Source: Eledone cirrhosa (Eukaryota). Taken from it: 64,000 bases of DNA. The first letter of the stretch is position 1; the number at the start of each line of letters is the position of its first letter. Location: assembly GCA_964016885.1 (NCBI GenBank), contig OZ024740.1, forward strand, positions 400,954,001 to 401,018,000, in the 5' to 3' direction. Below are positions 15,389-30,094 of the stretch, in pieces. The position numbers and the translations under genes were made by a program. The notes beneath the pieces are model-generated. The model saw only the letters and a list, made by a program, of their open reading frames with translations. It ran no database searches and was not told the DNA's origin.

Positions 15389-15609
15389 TAAGTATTGGTT
15401 AGTATTCAGTTTTAGTTTTAAGTCTTTACCGGTTGCGCATTTCTAATGCTTTTCAAAAATAATTTTAAGATAGAGCGCTCGTGATGTTTGCTCTAATCTG
15501 ATTAGAGCAAACATCACGAGCGCTCTATCTCAAAATTTTTTTTGAAAAGCATTAGAAATGCGCAACCGGTAAAGACTTACAACTAAAACTGAATACTAAC
15601 CAATACTTA
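15389..15609. repeat. Near-perfect palindrome, about 110 bp arms, 1-nt centre at 15499
   Basis: ...GATAGAGCGCTCGTGATGTTTGCTCTAATC-T-GATTAGAGCAAACATCACGAGCGCTCTATC...; arms extend to TAAGTATTGG/CCAATACTTA. Confidence 0.95.
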
Positions 15610-15669
15610 CCAATACTTACCAACTGAATACTAACCAATGGCAACATTGAGGACCGAGTAAGTTAGATC

Positions 15670-15775
15670 GCAGATATAAAAGACAGCGAGAAGCGAAAAC
15701 CAACCAAACAGTGAGTGTGTTCTGTTATTAATTCTGGCAATATATCGCAAATATGACCCTCATGTTTGAAACACA
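15670..15775 (+). repeat. Dispersed repeat copy (same family as arms at 40790-41263 and 37170-37210)
   Basis: GCGAAAACC.ACCAAACAGTGAGTGTGTTCTGTTATTA.TTCTGGCAATAT...AATATGACCCTC is shared. Confidence 0.75.
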
Positions 15776-16200
15776 ATGTAGAACGTGAAAAATATTGTAA
15801 AGAAGAAAATATATATATTAGGAAGCATTAAAAAAATGATCATAAAATATGGATATACAACATAAGAATATTAATTGGTGAAATTGCGTAGGATGTATTT
15901 CATTATCTTCTCAGAGAAATTTCATACCTTCACTTTTTAATCAACATTCGTAAGAACCATCTACACGTCTAAATGCACCAACATGTTGCCCCATCTCTTT
16001 ATTACTTAATATTTCAGTGAGAAAAAAACATTCATCCCCCAAGTATCACTTGTTTCCTACTTAAATATTACAGTCTTTTTTTATTGCAATCATATAATTT
16101 ACCAATTCATTGATGAATGCCCGTTCACACATATACATACATACATATATATATATCTCTCTATATATATATATATGTATATATACATACATACATACAA

Positions 16201-16322
<122 letters not shown>

Positions 16323-17032
16323 ATACGTTTCATTTAATGATCTTCATTATCTGACTAAACAAAAATGATAGTTTTATTTGTAAACAGTGTAGTCTCATTG
16401 TATTAATTTTCTCTTTTGATATTAGTTTAGTTTTTTTTTGTGAGGGGTGTATTGTATTTTCCATTTTTTTGGTATCCTTCTATATTTCTTTTGTTGTCGC
16501 TTGCTGTTATACAAAAGCTGTAGAACAATAAATGATTAGTGATATATTACCGCAGGTAATTAATACAGATGAAAAAATGTCTTTTTTTTTAATTACTTCA
16601 CATGTCACTAATCTTATATCACTTCGTTTGATCAGTAATACGTACGTTCATGAATTAGCTTTTCTTAATACTCCTCGTTTTTTTTTGCACATATAGTTAT
16701 TGAAGAAAACTATGAGTAGTTTTTGTTATGGTTATTTATTAGTTTACAGTAGGAATATGACGACTGATTGCTATTACTTTTCAAATTTTGTTTTCTTTGC
16801 CTCGCTTTTAAACATCTCATATAATTACTCATTATTTTTGCTTTTTGTATACCATACTCGCACACCCAGACACGCACACGCACACACACACACACTCTCT
16901 CTCACACGAATTTATATATATGTATATATATATATATATAAGTGTGTGTGTATATGTATATATATATATATATATATACATACCTACAAACATACACGCA
17001 CACACACAGACACACACACACATATATGTATT

Positions 17033-17092
<60 letters not shown>

Positions 17093-17700
17093 TGAATATA
17101 GGCAATCATCAAGTGTTTGCATACACAAACACATACGCATAACACATCCACATACACAGTTTAATAACTGCAAAAACTCACCCAAACACACAAACGCCTA
17201 ATAACTGCAAAACTCGGCCCAAACACACACATGCACACATAAAATTGCATAACATATTTACAGACACATGCACACACATGTACCCACATGTAAGTGTACA
17301 CATCCGCTCGTGCACAGGCATGTGTACACAAACACACACACAAGTTACATTAAACATTCACAGTTAGACACGATTACATACACACAGACAATCATATATC
17401 TACAGAGTCGCAGCCACACGCACGTTTACACACAGAACAATAATGCACATCCAGGTAATGCACTCTATCTGAACCCACGTAGCATTACCCCTGACAAACC
17501 AGGATTCTCCAATTCGGGCCCCAGCCCCTGCACGCTGGCCTACTCTCTTATCCTTCGCAGTGACCTTAAATTCTTTTCCAACGATCCAGCCTCAGTTGTT
17601 TCAAAGTTCTCTCTCCGAATTTTGCTATTTATATATATATACATATATATATATGCGTGATGAGTGCACGTTTATGTTTGTAGATAGGTGTGTGTGTATA

Positions 17701-17731
<31 letters not shown>

Positions 17732-17788
17732 GTGTGCGTGTGTGCGTGTATGTATGTGCATCTGTGCGTGTGTGCGTGTGGCTATGTG

Positions 17789-17823
<35 letters not shown>

Positions 17824-17909
17824 TAGTGTGAGTATGTGTGTATCATGGGTATATATATATATATATATATATATATGCATGAATGTCTATTTGTCTAAGA
17901 AATTTGGTT

Positions 17910-18150
17910 AAAAATCATGAATTCCCGGCTTCGATCACATTGCATCGTATCTCGAGTAATTGATTTTCCCATAGTTTCGGGCAGCCGAAGATTGTCAACT
18001 CAATATGGTCCAGCTTTATCATATATTGTGTCAGGCTTGTTATACCTGAGATTAAGGTTAAGGGTATACATGACAGTGGTAATTCACGATTCGAACGTTC
18101 CGTTCATCGAACGACTGGACACTTATTATCGCAACCAAGGGTTGATCAAT
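17910..18150 (+). mobile_element. Old degenerate tRNA-derived SINE
   Basis: B-box-like GGCTTCGATC followed by a degenerate SINE-like body. Confidence 0.35.
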
Positions 18151-18334
18151 ATATATTGATACATCTATATACATACACACAGACACCTACACACACACTC
18201 TCACACATACACACACTCTCATACACACACACTCCCACTCACACAAACACACTCACACACACACACACAAACACACTCATATATATATAAATAAATAAAT
18301 ATATATACATATATATATATTAATATATATATAT

Positions 18335-18369
<35 letters not shown>

Positions 18370-18761
18370 CGCGATAAGTACACAGGCGTGTACATACTTG
18401 AAGGGCTTGGGAAACTGATGGATGGGTAATATTGATTATTATTGGCAACTTCGAAATAATGTCAAAACAGACATAAAACCCAATGAAATATTGTCAGTTG
18501 GACAGTTTTCATGTAACCCTTCCTATCACGTAGCTCCTCTAAAAGCCGAGTCTCAAATCATTTTAAAGCTCATAAGGATACACAATCAACAAGGCTTATA
18601 GATATTTTGGTTGGAGTAATGTGAAAATCAATTGCTTTCTCTGGCCTCATCGTTGCAGGATCCACTCCGCTTGTATTAAGTTACTGTATATGATTTTCTA
18701 AAGCTTCATTCCTTTCACTGACTACCTTCCTTCTACCCCCCCCTTTTTTTTTCAGCTCCAG

Positions 18762-19029
<268 letters not shown>

Positions 19030-19499
19030 ATGAAAAATGAGCCTTTGAATATATCTACAATGAAAATAAATTTCATTAAAGGAGATAGTAAAGTTTTCTC
19101 CTCTCCAATGGAGTACACCATTTGAAATTGCATAAAATAGCAATTTATCATCTTTTATTTTATTCTATAATTTAATACATATTACACAAATGTTATGATA
19201 TATCTCAACCAGATATATGTGTGATATTACGTAAATTTATCAACAAATTCTTTCATGTAGATATATTTTTCTCGTTTATAATAGGTGGTAGGTGAAGGGA
19301 GTATTTCGTAAAATTTCATGACAAAACTTAAAAAAATAAAACTCCATCAAAAAATATTTTCATTCAAATAGAGTCTCATAAAGTTTATGGCGTTCATGCT
19401 TTATGTAAAGGGGTCTGTTCGAAAATATATTGCAGTCACTATTTCATGTCGCAAAAACTGCCGATGAATCTGCGACTTGTCCTATGAGTCGTGGGATAG

Positions 19500-20592
19500 A
19501 TGGACAAAGATAGTGTATCTCGAGCCTCCAACGAGGGTTCAGAAGGGGGCACACCTTGGCAAATGGAACTTGGAACATCACAACAACACTTACAGTTAAG
19601 GAGCAGGACCTAGTGGAGGTGGCTAGACGCTACCAGCTAGATATAGTCGGGTTTCTTCAACAAAGTTCCGTGACTCTGTCGATTTAGATGGAGGATGGAA
19701 ACTTCACCTTTGATGTATAGCGCCAGCAATGATTACACAGGCAACAGTAGGGATACTGACAAGCCCCCGGATGTCAGAATGTTTTATGGACTGGGTTCCA
19801 TTAGGAGTGAGGATTTGCATCTTGAATTTTAGTCTATGGGTGGTGGAAGTTTATCCAAACAAGGATTCGAATACAGATATTTCCTTGATGAAGTCATTGT
19901 AGTGTTAGATAGAGTTAAGACTGTGGGATATATCCTGATGGGAGACTTCAATGCACATGTTGACACTGAGAAAATGACATGATTGGAAGGAACGGTGATC
20001 CCAATATAAGTATGTATGGTGAGGCCTTATTAGACTTATTTTCTAGCAGTGGACACTTTCTTCCAGCACAGAGACATCCATACATGGTATAAGAGGAATC
20101 TGGGACATAGATCAATAATCTATATTGTTATTGTTTCTGATATCTACGATTCTGTGCTGGATGTTCGTGTTAAGAGAGAGTAAAGCCGGTGACTAATGTC
20201 TCGGGGTCTGAGGTAATAAGAGCAGATAAAGAGCTCAAATGCTGCAAGACCACTGGTGAAGATAGAATCCTGTCCGTGATGTTAAAATCCGTAAATAGAG
20301 AACGTCTTCTCACGCTGAATCATGTGTGCCATGTAACACCTAAGCAATGGCAATCAGGAGTAACAAACCCAATTTTCAAAAAGGGAAACAAGAGAGATTG
20401 CAACATGTCTTCGAGAAATTGTTGGAGTATTGTCAAGAGGTATATTATTGTTTTGAAAAGCCCGAAAAGGCATACGACCACATTCCCTGGGACCTGCTGT
20501 GGAAGTTGATGCAGGAATATGGGATCGATAGTCAGCTGCTTGCTGCCCTGATGTTCCTATATGAATGTCCGAGTATTTGTGTTCGGATAAAT
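19500..20592 (+). mobile_element. RTE-clade LINE fragment (APE endonuclease plus pieces of RT), internally deleted
   Basis: GTWNIT..KEQDLVEVARRYQLDIVG, LMGDFNAHV, WQSGVTNPIFKKGNKRDCN, EKAYDHIPWDLLW. Confidence 0.8.
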
Positions 20593-20705
20593 CGTACTTT
20601 ATTTTATCGACCCCCGCAACGATGAAAGGTAAAGCTACCCTCGGCGTGAGTGGAAATCAGGACGTAAACAGCAGTAACTCCATGTCGCAATTCTAACGCT
20701 CTAAG
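20593..20705 (-). mobile_element. SINE fragment (Deu/Nin-like domain)
   Basis: GTACTTTATTTTATCGACCCC..GATGAAAGGTAAAG..CCTCGGCG, the reverse of the SINE core. Confidence 0.7.
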
Positions 20706-21172
20706 TAATATTAATGATAACAAGAAGGTTGAAATAATGAAAATGATGAATACATTTATCATATATATTATTGTGTCGACATCTGTATAAATTGCTTTAC
20801 ATCTAATCTAAACATGTACGCGCACATACACACTCAGACACAGAGACACGCACACTCTCATCCCCCCACACACCCACACATATACCCACACATAAAACTG
20901 TTTGCTTTTTCGCTTAGCCTCTGGTGAAATTACTGCACATATTTGTACGTCTTAATCATAACACTGTACGAATTTATCGTTTGTAATTATAGATTTTGAT
21001 GGGAAACATCTGCAATATGTAATACAAGTAACCTATCTCAGATCCACTTCAATTTCTTTCCTCTAACGTACATCGTTTTGCGTGGTACGTCTTACTCTCA
21101 CTCTCACTCATTCTTTTTCTCCTTCTTTCCATCTCTCTCGTTCTCCCTGTCTCATTCCCCTGTATACGCACA

Positions 21173-21304
<132 letters not shown>

Positions 21305-22223
21305 GGACATGTGTGTGAGTATGTATATACACTTATATATGAGTATGTGTGTGTTTGTGTGTATAAACGAACATAAATATAGACATACTTATATCCATTA
21401 ACGATTTCGTTTCCAAAGAAATAAAAGCTAGAAAATTAAAAAACATAACAAGAACCAGAGCTGTACACATTAGTTTCGCCATTTTGGTGAGTGATGAAAG
21501 GTGAAATCAATATAAACTTAAATATTCACATATTACACAAGAAATGTTTCTCAATTAAGCAAGGTTTCCCGCTGAAACGTCAAATGAAGCGAACATCAAC
21601 CAGGATGTACTTTCACTCATTTTACATGTGAAATAGAATTTAAACGTCTAACGATCGTCGGTGGCATAATGTTTTATTTGAAAATATGTTTCATGCGTAC
21701 ATATATAACATGTGTACTATACAAATTATAGTAATTGATATTTATATATATTTTGACTTAATGTATGCATAATTGAAATCCATTTAGTCAGTAACAGTTT
21801 TCTATTTCTACTGCTCCCTCTTTTTGGCAATTTTCTTCTTTCTTTCTCCCTCTCCATTCCTCTTATACTTCCGTTATAAAATTATATATTTTCCTATCAA
21901 GATATCTATACGTTCAAACATAGTTAGATATATACATAGATACACTACACTTCACGCACGTATATAAACGTATATGTATGCATATATCTATATGTATGTA
22001 TGTATGCATGTATGTATGTATGTATGTATGTATGTATGTATGTATGTATGTATCTCTCTATGTGTGTGTGTGTATGTGTGTACTGTGTGTGTGTGTGTGT
22101 TTGTAGATTCCAAGTAATATCGGGGTAACCACAGTTTAAAAAGATACAATGGTAGTGTGTAAACAACTTTTCATACACTCACACAAAGACACACATACAC
22201 ACACATATGTACCTATATATGTA

Positions 22224-22289
<66 letters not shown>

Positions 22290-24405
22290 ATGTATGTGTT
22301 TATGTATGTATGTGTGTGTATATATATAAATATGTGAATGTATGTATGTATCTTTGTTTGTGTATATATATATATATACACACATATATATCATTGTGTT
22401 TGCCTATTCCTTTTCTATACATGTATGTATATACAATTTTCATTACATTTACCCATCTTCGAATTGTTTCTCCGCTTTTTTTCTATTTCTAGGCTACCTA
22501 TCACCCCACCGCCGTATTATATCCTCCTATATATATTCTTACCTGTCCATTTATCTATTTATCCTAGCTTTCTACGTACTCATATATCTTTAGTTTAATC
22601 TGTTTGCGTGTGTGTGTATATATGTGTGCGATGCGTTGTGTGTGTGCATGTGTGTATTTGTTTGTGTGTGTGGTGAGGTGCTATCATACAATAGTTTCCC
22701 TTTGCATTATAACATGCTGCTGAAGGAAATATAAAGCAGTGTTAAGTTCGTTTGCTCATTATTATTCTGTTGGTAACGACAGCCAGATCGGTAAATATGC
22801 AAATCATTCACAGTTAATGGTGGGAGTTAGTAGCGCATCAATCCAGCTCACTTCCTCTTTCAATATTGATGTACATCAAAGCGGAAGTTTCTTGTTTTGT
22901 TAGAAAGTTGTAAGCACACAGAAAACATTTGCTTTGAGAATGAATCTTTGCATATTCATTTATAACTATTCCGTCTAAAATATAGTCATGTTCTCATACA
23001 TGAAATATCAAAGCCAAACTGAATCAATGACGGTATAATGTCAAGCTATCCGTGCCTACAATAATATGTGTTCTCATCAAAATGTTTTAATAAAATTTCA
23101 TCATAATCAGTTTCATTACTGAGTTTACATAAACATTCATTTTCTCTTTTCTTACGCAGTAACCTAGTTGCTGGTCTCGACAGAATGCTAGAGTAGCATT
23201 CAAGGAGTAGTGTTTTCGGCAAGGAACTCTTCTTTCGTGGAGGTTGTGCCTAGTTGCAATAAGGAGTTCCCATATTTGGAATAATGCTCTACTGTGCTGT
23301 TAGGTGTGGAGGCAATGTATGTATATCTGTTTTGCATTTTGTTAGTTTGAGGCACAGTTCAATTTCTCCGATTGAACAAAAGAAAAAGAGATAGAATTTA
23401 GTTGATTTATTTCTTGTTCACCCGAACTTCTACGATAAAACGTTTTATGGGTGTCGTCTATCAACAATAGCGTAAAGGTTATTTGCGTTTTATTCACTAT
23501 ATCACAACGTTTTATATATAATGTCACGGATTACATATTATGAATTCCTCCACTTTCACTTTCAAATCAAATTTCTTCGGATATATGCCTCGGCTTTTTG
23601 TTTAAAATTACAGAAATGAATAAATTATATACATTTTTTAATAATATCCAGTTTAAGTAAGTAGACAGCACTTTAAAGGCATTTTTGTAATAGATTAACA
23701 ACCTTCGTGATGTGACTTCTGATATAACTTCACAAAAGCACGTTTTCTATGTAAGTCATTTTGTCGGTTATATAACTTAATTTCATTTTCGGGTACAAAA
23801 AAAAAAAAGGTGGAATCTTTTTAGATATTAACTTATGTAAAAATCTACTTTTACATGTCTACTTATATGTTATATGTATTATTCCGACGGGTGGTAGCAG
23901 CGTCCTATTTTGCAGCGCTTCTAAAGCAAGTGCTGACTGGATTGGAAGATATCTATATACATAATTTATGCTCTGATTAGATATCTGGTCTAAATATAAA
24001 TATCAAAGAGCTAAAGGTGCCCAAAGTTTAGATGACTCTATAAATCTGGAGTAACTGTGACAAGTAGAAACAACCAAAATATACCCGACAAGCTTTCATA
24101 TACTCCACAAGCTGCAATATTTCACTGGCAAAGCTTGGTCAAACCGAAACATTTGTAGAAAATACATGCCAATGGTTCTACATAATGGAGTAGAATCCGG
24201 AATGTGCTTTCAATTATTTCCTCGAAAATGTGAACATTATTATTACCTGCATATCTAGATATGCGTCACACTCCAACTATCTCGCTAACTGTATTTCTCT
24301 TCTTCAATATCAACATCTGAATGTATTCAGTATTTGTCCATACATATACGTGTATGTGTCTGCGCGCATGTTTGTATGTGAACATACATATAAATTTATT
24401 GTATC

Positions 24406-24440
<35 letters not shown>

Positions 24441-25464
24441 TTATGTATGTATGTATGTATGTATGTATGTATGTATGTATGTATGTATGTATGTATGTAT
24501 GTATGTATGTATGGAAGTTAGTATGAATATGAGTATGTAAGCATGTATGTAAGCATGTATGTAGCTATATATGTTTACGTATGTGGGTTTCTATATTAAT
24601 ATGGTATTCTTATCTATTATTTTCATTTAACACGATTGTTTAAACGTGTGGAAATTGTACACAAGCTGTACAGTAACATTTCAACGTGTTATTGATTCTC
24701 GTATACGTTTCTTATTATAACCAGCTTGCCTTAAAAACAATCATAGATCTTTTCAATACGAATCCGGTTCATTTTCTATTTCTTTTAGCTTTATTTATAT
24801 TTCTTATTTATTCACGTTCATGTTTTATTTACATCTGAGTACTATTTATTTGCTTCGTATTTTGGACTGTTTTAGTTTTCAGTGTATATCTTTTTTTCAT
24901 TGCCCTTAAAGAAAATTACTTTATTGATTTTTCGTTTTTCGATCAGGTAAACTTTTCATTAATATTTTTATACCCTTTTTTAATAAAAAGTATATGATCG
25001 ACAAATATATTTTAATAACGTTTGTCATCTCCTTTTTTTTCATTATATCTTTATAATAAATATCTTCGTATTCAATGATGGCAAAAGTGAAATATAAATA
25101 TATATAAATATATATCTATATCTATATCTCTCTCTATATATATATATTCTTGAATATTGTATTACTATATATATATATATATATGCGTGTGTGTGTGTGT
25201 GTGTGTGCGTTTGTGTGTTTGTGAGAGAGTCAGTGTATGTAATACAATATTCAAGAATGAGAAGATGAAGAGAAAGTTAAAGGTATATCATTTTTATTGT
25301 TAAATCATATATATATATATATATATATACACACGCGAGCACACACACATGTATATATATATGTAGTGTTGAATTATTCCGTAGAATAGATAAAGGAAAC
25401 AGAGCGTTCTATGGAATATACATTGCTTGAACATTATAGTATAATCCGTGTGGAAAATAACTAT

Positions 25465-25577
<113 letters not shown>

Positions 25578-27338
25578 AGTATGTATGTATGTGTGTCTAT
25601 ATATATATATATATATAATGTGTGTGTGTGTGCGTATATATTTATGACAGAATGAATCATATTTATAAATAAATGAAAAGCTATAAATTTACCACAGAAA
25701 AGTTAATAATACAAAGCATTATTCCACAAATATATTTAAAAAACGCACGCATTCAGAATGGAGAGACAAATGAAAAAGTAAAAAGATTAAGATATAAAGC
25801 TGTTAGATGAACTGAATAGGTGTCAATTGTAAAGATAACAAGAATAGCAAAAGAAACTAGCTGAAGTGTAATAAAAAGGGGCTTGATAGCGTATAAAATT
25901 ATAATTTCAATTTCACGAACAAAAAGCCTCCCTTTCATAACATAACACCTTACATTGGTGTAAGTCATTCATGTATGTATGGATAAATGTATGTATCTAT
26001 GTATATAAGAATGCATGTATGTATGCATGTATCTATGTATGAATGTATGGATGCATGTATGTATGAATGCATGTGGTCATATATATACATATATTTATAT
26101 ATATGACCACATACATACAGGCATTCTTACATACACAGATACATACATTTATCCTTATATATATATATATATATAAATGTATGTGTGTACATATATATAA
26201 ATTTATATATATATATTATATATACATATATAAATGTATGAATATACTTGTATATATATATATATAATATTATTTTATTAATTTTAGTATTATAGTTAGT
26301 TTTGTTTTTCTCCACACATTTGCTGATTGCTTCTTTTTAAATAATTAGATAATTTTCATGAAATATATTTTTTATAAAAATGTGATCATGTAAAAAAGTG
26401 AAAAGTAAAAAAAAATTTGTAAAATGAAATCATAAGTGCTCAGGTGATAATGGTAATAGAGTAAAATATACTCTGAACCTGAACATCCCGATAATTGCTT
26501 TTAATGTTGAATTTCAGATCGATACTATGAAGTTATTGTTTGTGGGGTGAGAATAATTAAGTTGGTTTGTTTTTGTCTATTTTGTTATCTTTATTATAAT
26601 TAATTCGTATTTGTTTTCTTACAGAAGTTTTATTCAATTTCAAACTTGCCTATTTATTTCTTAAATTCAAATATCTTTTTCCTATTTATTTCATTGCATA
26701 GATTTCTGTGGCTTTGTCATGTGTGTACATATGAACTGGGAGTTTAGTTTTAGCGTGTATTTAAATTGTGGGGTTTTCTTATTTTATTGCATTCTATTAC
26801 AGTTTAATTTTTCAACACGTCAGCCACACTTTTCCCAACTGCCATTTCAATGTTAATTATATTCAAATTGAAATTCGAATTGAAGAGATGGAGGGTCCCT
26901 ACTGTTAAATATCTTTGCACATTAAATTGTTTATTTCAATTTACTTCTAACTAAATATGTTTTTTTAAAACTTGTTTTTAATTTTAAATTGGCTCTCAAT
27001 TTCGATAGTTTACATTGTATTTTATTATATATTTATCAAGATTAATAAAGACAATTAGTATGTATAGTTTTACTATACAACAATTAAATCATAAACGGTA
27101 GTATAGAATGAAACAATGTTTTCGGGGAATACAGCTCCTTGATACAAGTTAAACAAAATATGATTCTATTCGGTATTATATAAAACTATATATACCGTTG
27201 TTGTATGCAGCTATGAAATAACCAAATAAGATGATTGGAAAAAATCAGAATTGCTTTAGAATCATCATTGAAACAAGAATGACGCTAAAATATCACTAGG
27301 GTTCTACAAAAGCTATATTCTTTTATTGCCATATATTT

Positions 27339-27467
<129 letters not shown>

Positions 27468-29369
27468 ATATATATATATGTATTATATATATATGTGTGT
27501 GTATGTGCGTGTGTGTATGCTTCTGTATGTGTGTGGTGCAGGATGAGTGGGTGTGAGTGTATAAATATAGACGTCAAATATTTTAAAAGTTGGACAGTCT
27601 GTGGTACATGTATAATTTATAAGTTTAGCAACAGAGATCAATTACATATATGAAAACTAACTATTTCACAAAATTATGTTTTCAGATACATAATAATTCT
27701 AAGTGGATTGTATGCCGTGAATAATTTGACTAAAACCATGAAATTATTATATCATTCTCAGTAGAGGAAGATGAAACCGCATAACGTCCCTTTGAAGAAC
27801 CTCCAAGCATGTGGTTCTAATATCCTATTCAGATCGAAGTATGGTGGGAATTAGTTGAAGAGTATGGATACCGCAACACACATAGAGTCTCGAATAATAA
27901 TCCCAACGACGCATTATGTCTATCACTCAAACATGCTACAGTTCCTTCGATGTATTTCAGAATAGATATCATCTACTCAATGTCGCTTCCATAGCACGAG
28001 TGGAACCGAGTTTAGAGATAAAAAGCAATTTCCTAAAGTGTTGCTCAACGGGATTAAATCTCGATCTTTTGTATTCCCAATCGAAATTCCTAATCACATT
28101 GGCCTGTATTGGGTAAAATTCGTAAGAGCAGGGAATAGATACTTTTATCAATCCATTTGTAATTTATTTCATTCAAATGCTTCATCATTGGTTTAGAAAC
28201 TGATTATTCTAGATATTATTAATGCTGTAAATAATTCTGTAAATATCCCAATGCATTTGTACGTTAGTAGCAAAATATTAAATGTTCAGGTTACAGAAAT
28301 TCCGTATATATAAATATATATACACATATATACACATGCATGCGTACATAGACACGTATATTTTTGTACGAGTGTATATTGATGTGTATGTATGTGTCTA
28401 TGTACGCATGCATGTGTATATATGTGTATATATATTTATATATATATATATATGTGTGTATGTGTATGTGTGTGTGTGTGTGTGTGTGTGCGTAGATATA
28501 TGCGTATATAAATCGTTAACCTCTGTATTAACTCTACAACTATTTAGCTTTGACAGTGGTCCCACTCATGTATACTGTTGAAGATGAAGAGAAAGACTGT
28601 AAAAACTAGCTTATCTTTATAATTTAAAATTGATACACACTACGATACTCTGTACATGTCAACGCTTCATTTTGCCTTATGACAGCTAGTTTTCACGCCG
28701 TAACATTGGATACATTATATACCCCCACCTAAGTAATGTCAGGATCTCCTTAAATAATTTATTGATAGCATTGTTGTAATTGTTGCTATTGTTCTAATTG
28801 AATGCCATTACTACTCCATATAGTAGCCTGTATTTTCTTTTCTTTTCTTGCCTGTGTATTTTCTTCATTCTCGCATGCTCCGAAGATCTGACTGGTTATA
28901 ATTCTGTATTGGCGATCGAGTAACGCAAAATTAAGCGGATAGCGATCTCTAGACATACCAGTTCAGTGAAACAAATGTAAGCTATGTGATTAAAAACTTT
29001 TTTGTATAGCAAACCATGTAAACCTTCTTTCCTGATTTATTATTACTCCAAGTGTTTACAACATAGGAATTACAGCATACCCGCAGCATCACTATGAAAA
29101 CGCCTTGTTGAGTCAAACCAAGCCAAGCGTTAATATCATCCACTACCTGGAATACCATAACTGGACTTCACCTAAGTGGACTGCATTTAACTATTATTTG
29201 TTAATCCGTATATATATATATATATATATAAGTGTATGCATGCAAGAAAGTATGTCTGTTTGTATGTATTTGAGAATATGTGCTATTCCTAGCAGTCCGG
29301 TATTCTGTAGCTAATGTTTGCTGATCTTGTAGGGATTTATTCTAAGGTGCAGTATGATTCTAAGGTGCA

Positions 29370-29685
29370 GATTCTGTGGGTATGACTCTTTATATGTTCA
29401 GTTTTTGCCGAAATTTGCTTCCCTCTTTTCTTATTGGGTATAATTTTTTAAACCTTTCAGGCTTGAGAAGTTCATCTCGGGTGTGGTGGACGTAACTTTC
29501 CAATCCAATGGTTGCTATTTTGTATGCAGCTTACAGTTGTAGGATCACTCGTCCAACTTCTCTCTTTGTGATATATAGCCTATGTACTTTAGGGTGGAGC
29601 ATTATTTCAGTTGTCAATAGTTTTCTCGTCTTTGTCTCCATCTTGCGTAGATCTTGCTGGTTCCAGTCTATGATGTTAGAGCATC
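29370..29685 (-). mobile_element. R4/Dong-type LINE fragment (post-RT region)
   Basis: Minus strand NIIDWNQQDLRKMETKTRKLLTTEIMLHPK..RLYITKREVGR..AYKIATIGLESY. Confidence 0.7.
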
Positions 29686-29689
29686 GGAC

Positions 29690-29889
29690 AACATGCGTTG
29701 TAGCATAGAGTTATGGTCCGTTACTTTCTGTGTTCAAATCACGCTGGGGTTAACGTTGCCTTTCATCAATATGGTGTCGATGAAATAAAGTGCCAGTCAC
29801 GCACTGGGGTCGATTTAATCAACTTACCCTACCCCAAAATTGCTGGCCTTGTGCCTATATAATAAACAATTATTATTATTATTATTATT
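29690..29889 (+). mobile_element. tRNA-type SINE with Deu/Nin-like domain and (ATT)n tail
   Basis: GTTCAAATC B-box, GCCTTTCATC..GTCGATGAAATAAAGT, GCTGGCCTTGTGCC, then about (ATT)7. Confidence 0.8.
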
Positions 29890-30094
29890 GGTCTAAGCGG
29901 ACGTATTTTGCTCGCTCACAGTAAGTCGCTTTATTTGCCTGTTAAAATTATTTGTTGTAAAATATTTCTTGTTGTGTAAGGGATATAAGCCCTTAGACTT
30001 TGCCCCGTGAAGGGGAAAGTATAATATTGGGGCCTTTTGGCCCAAATATTTGAACTTTTTTTACATGTTAAAACATTTACAAAGAAGAAAAAAC

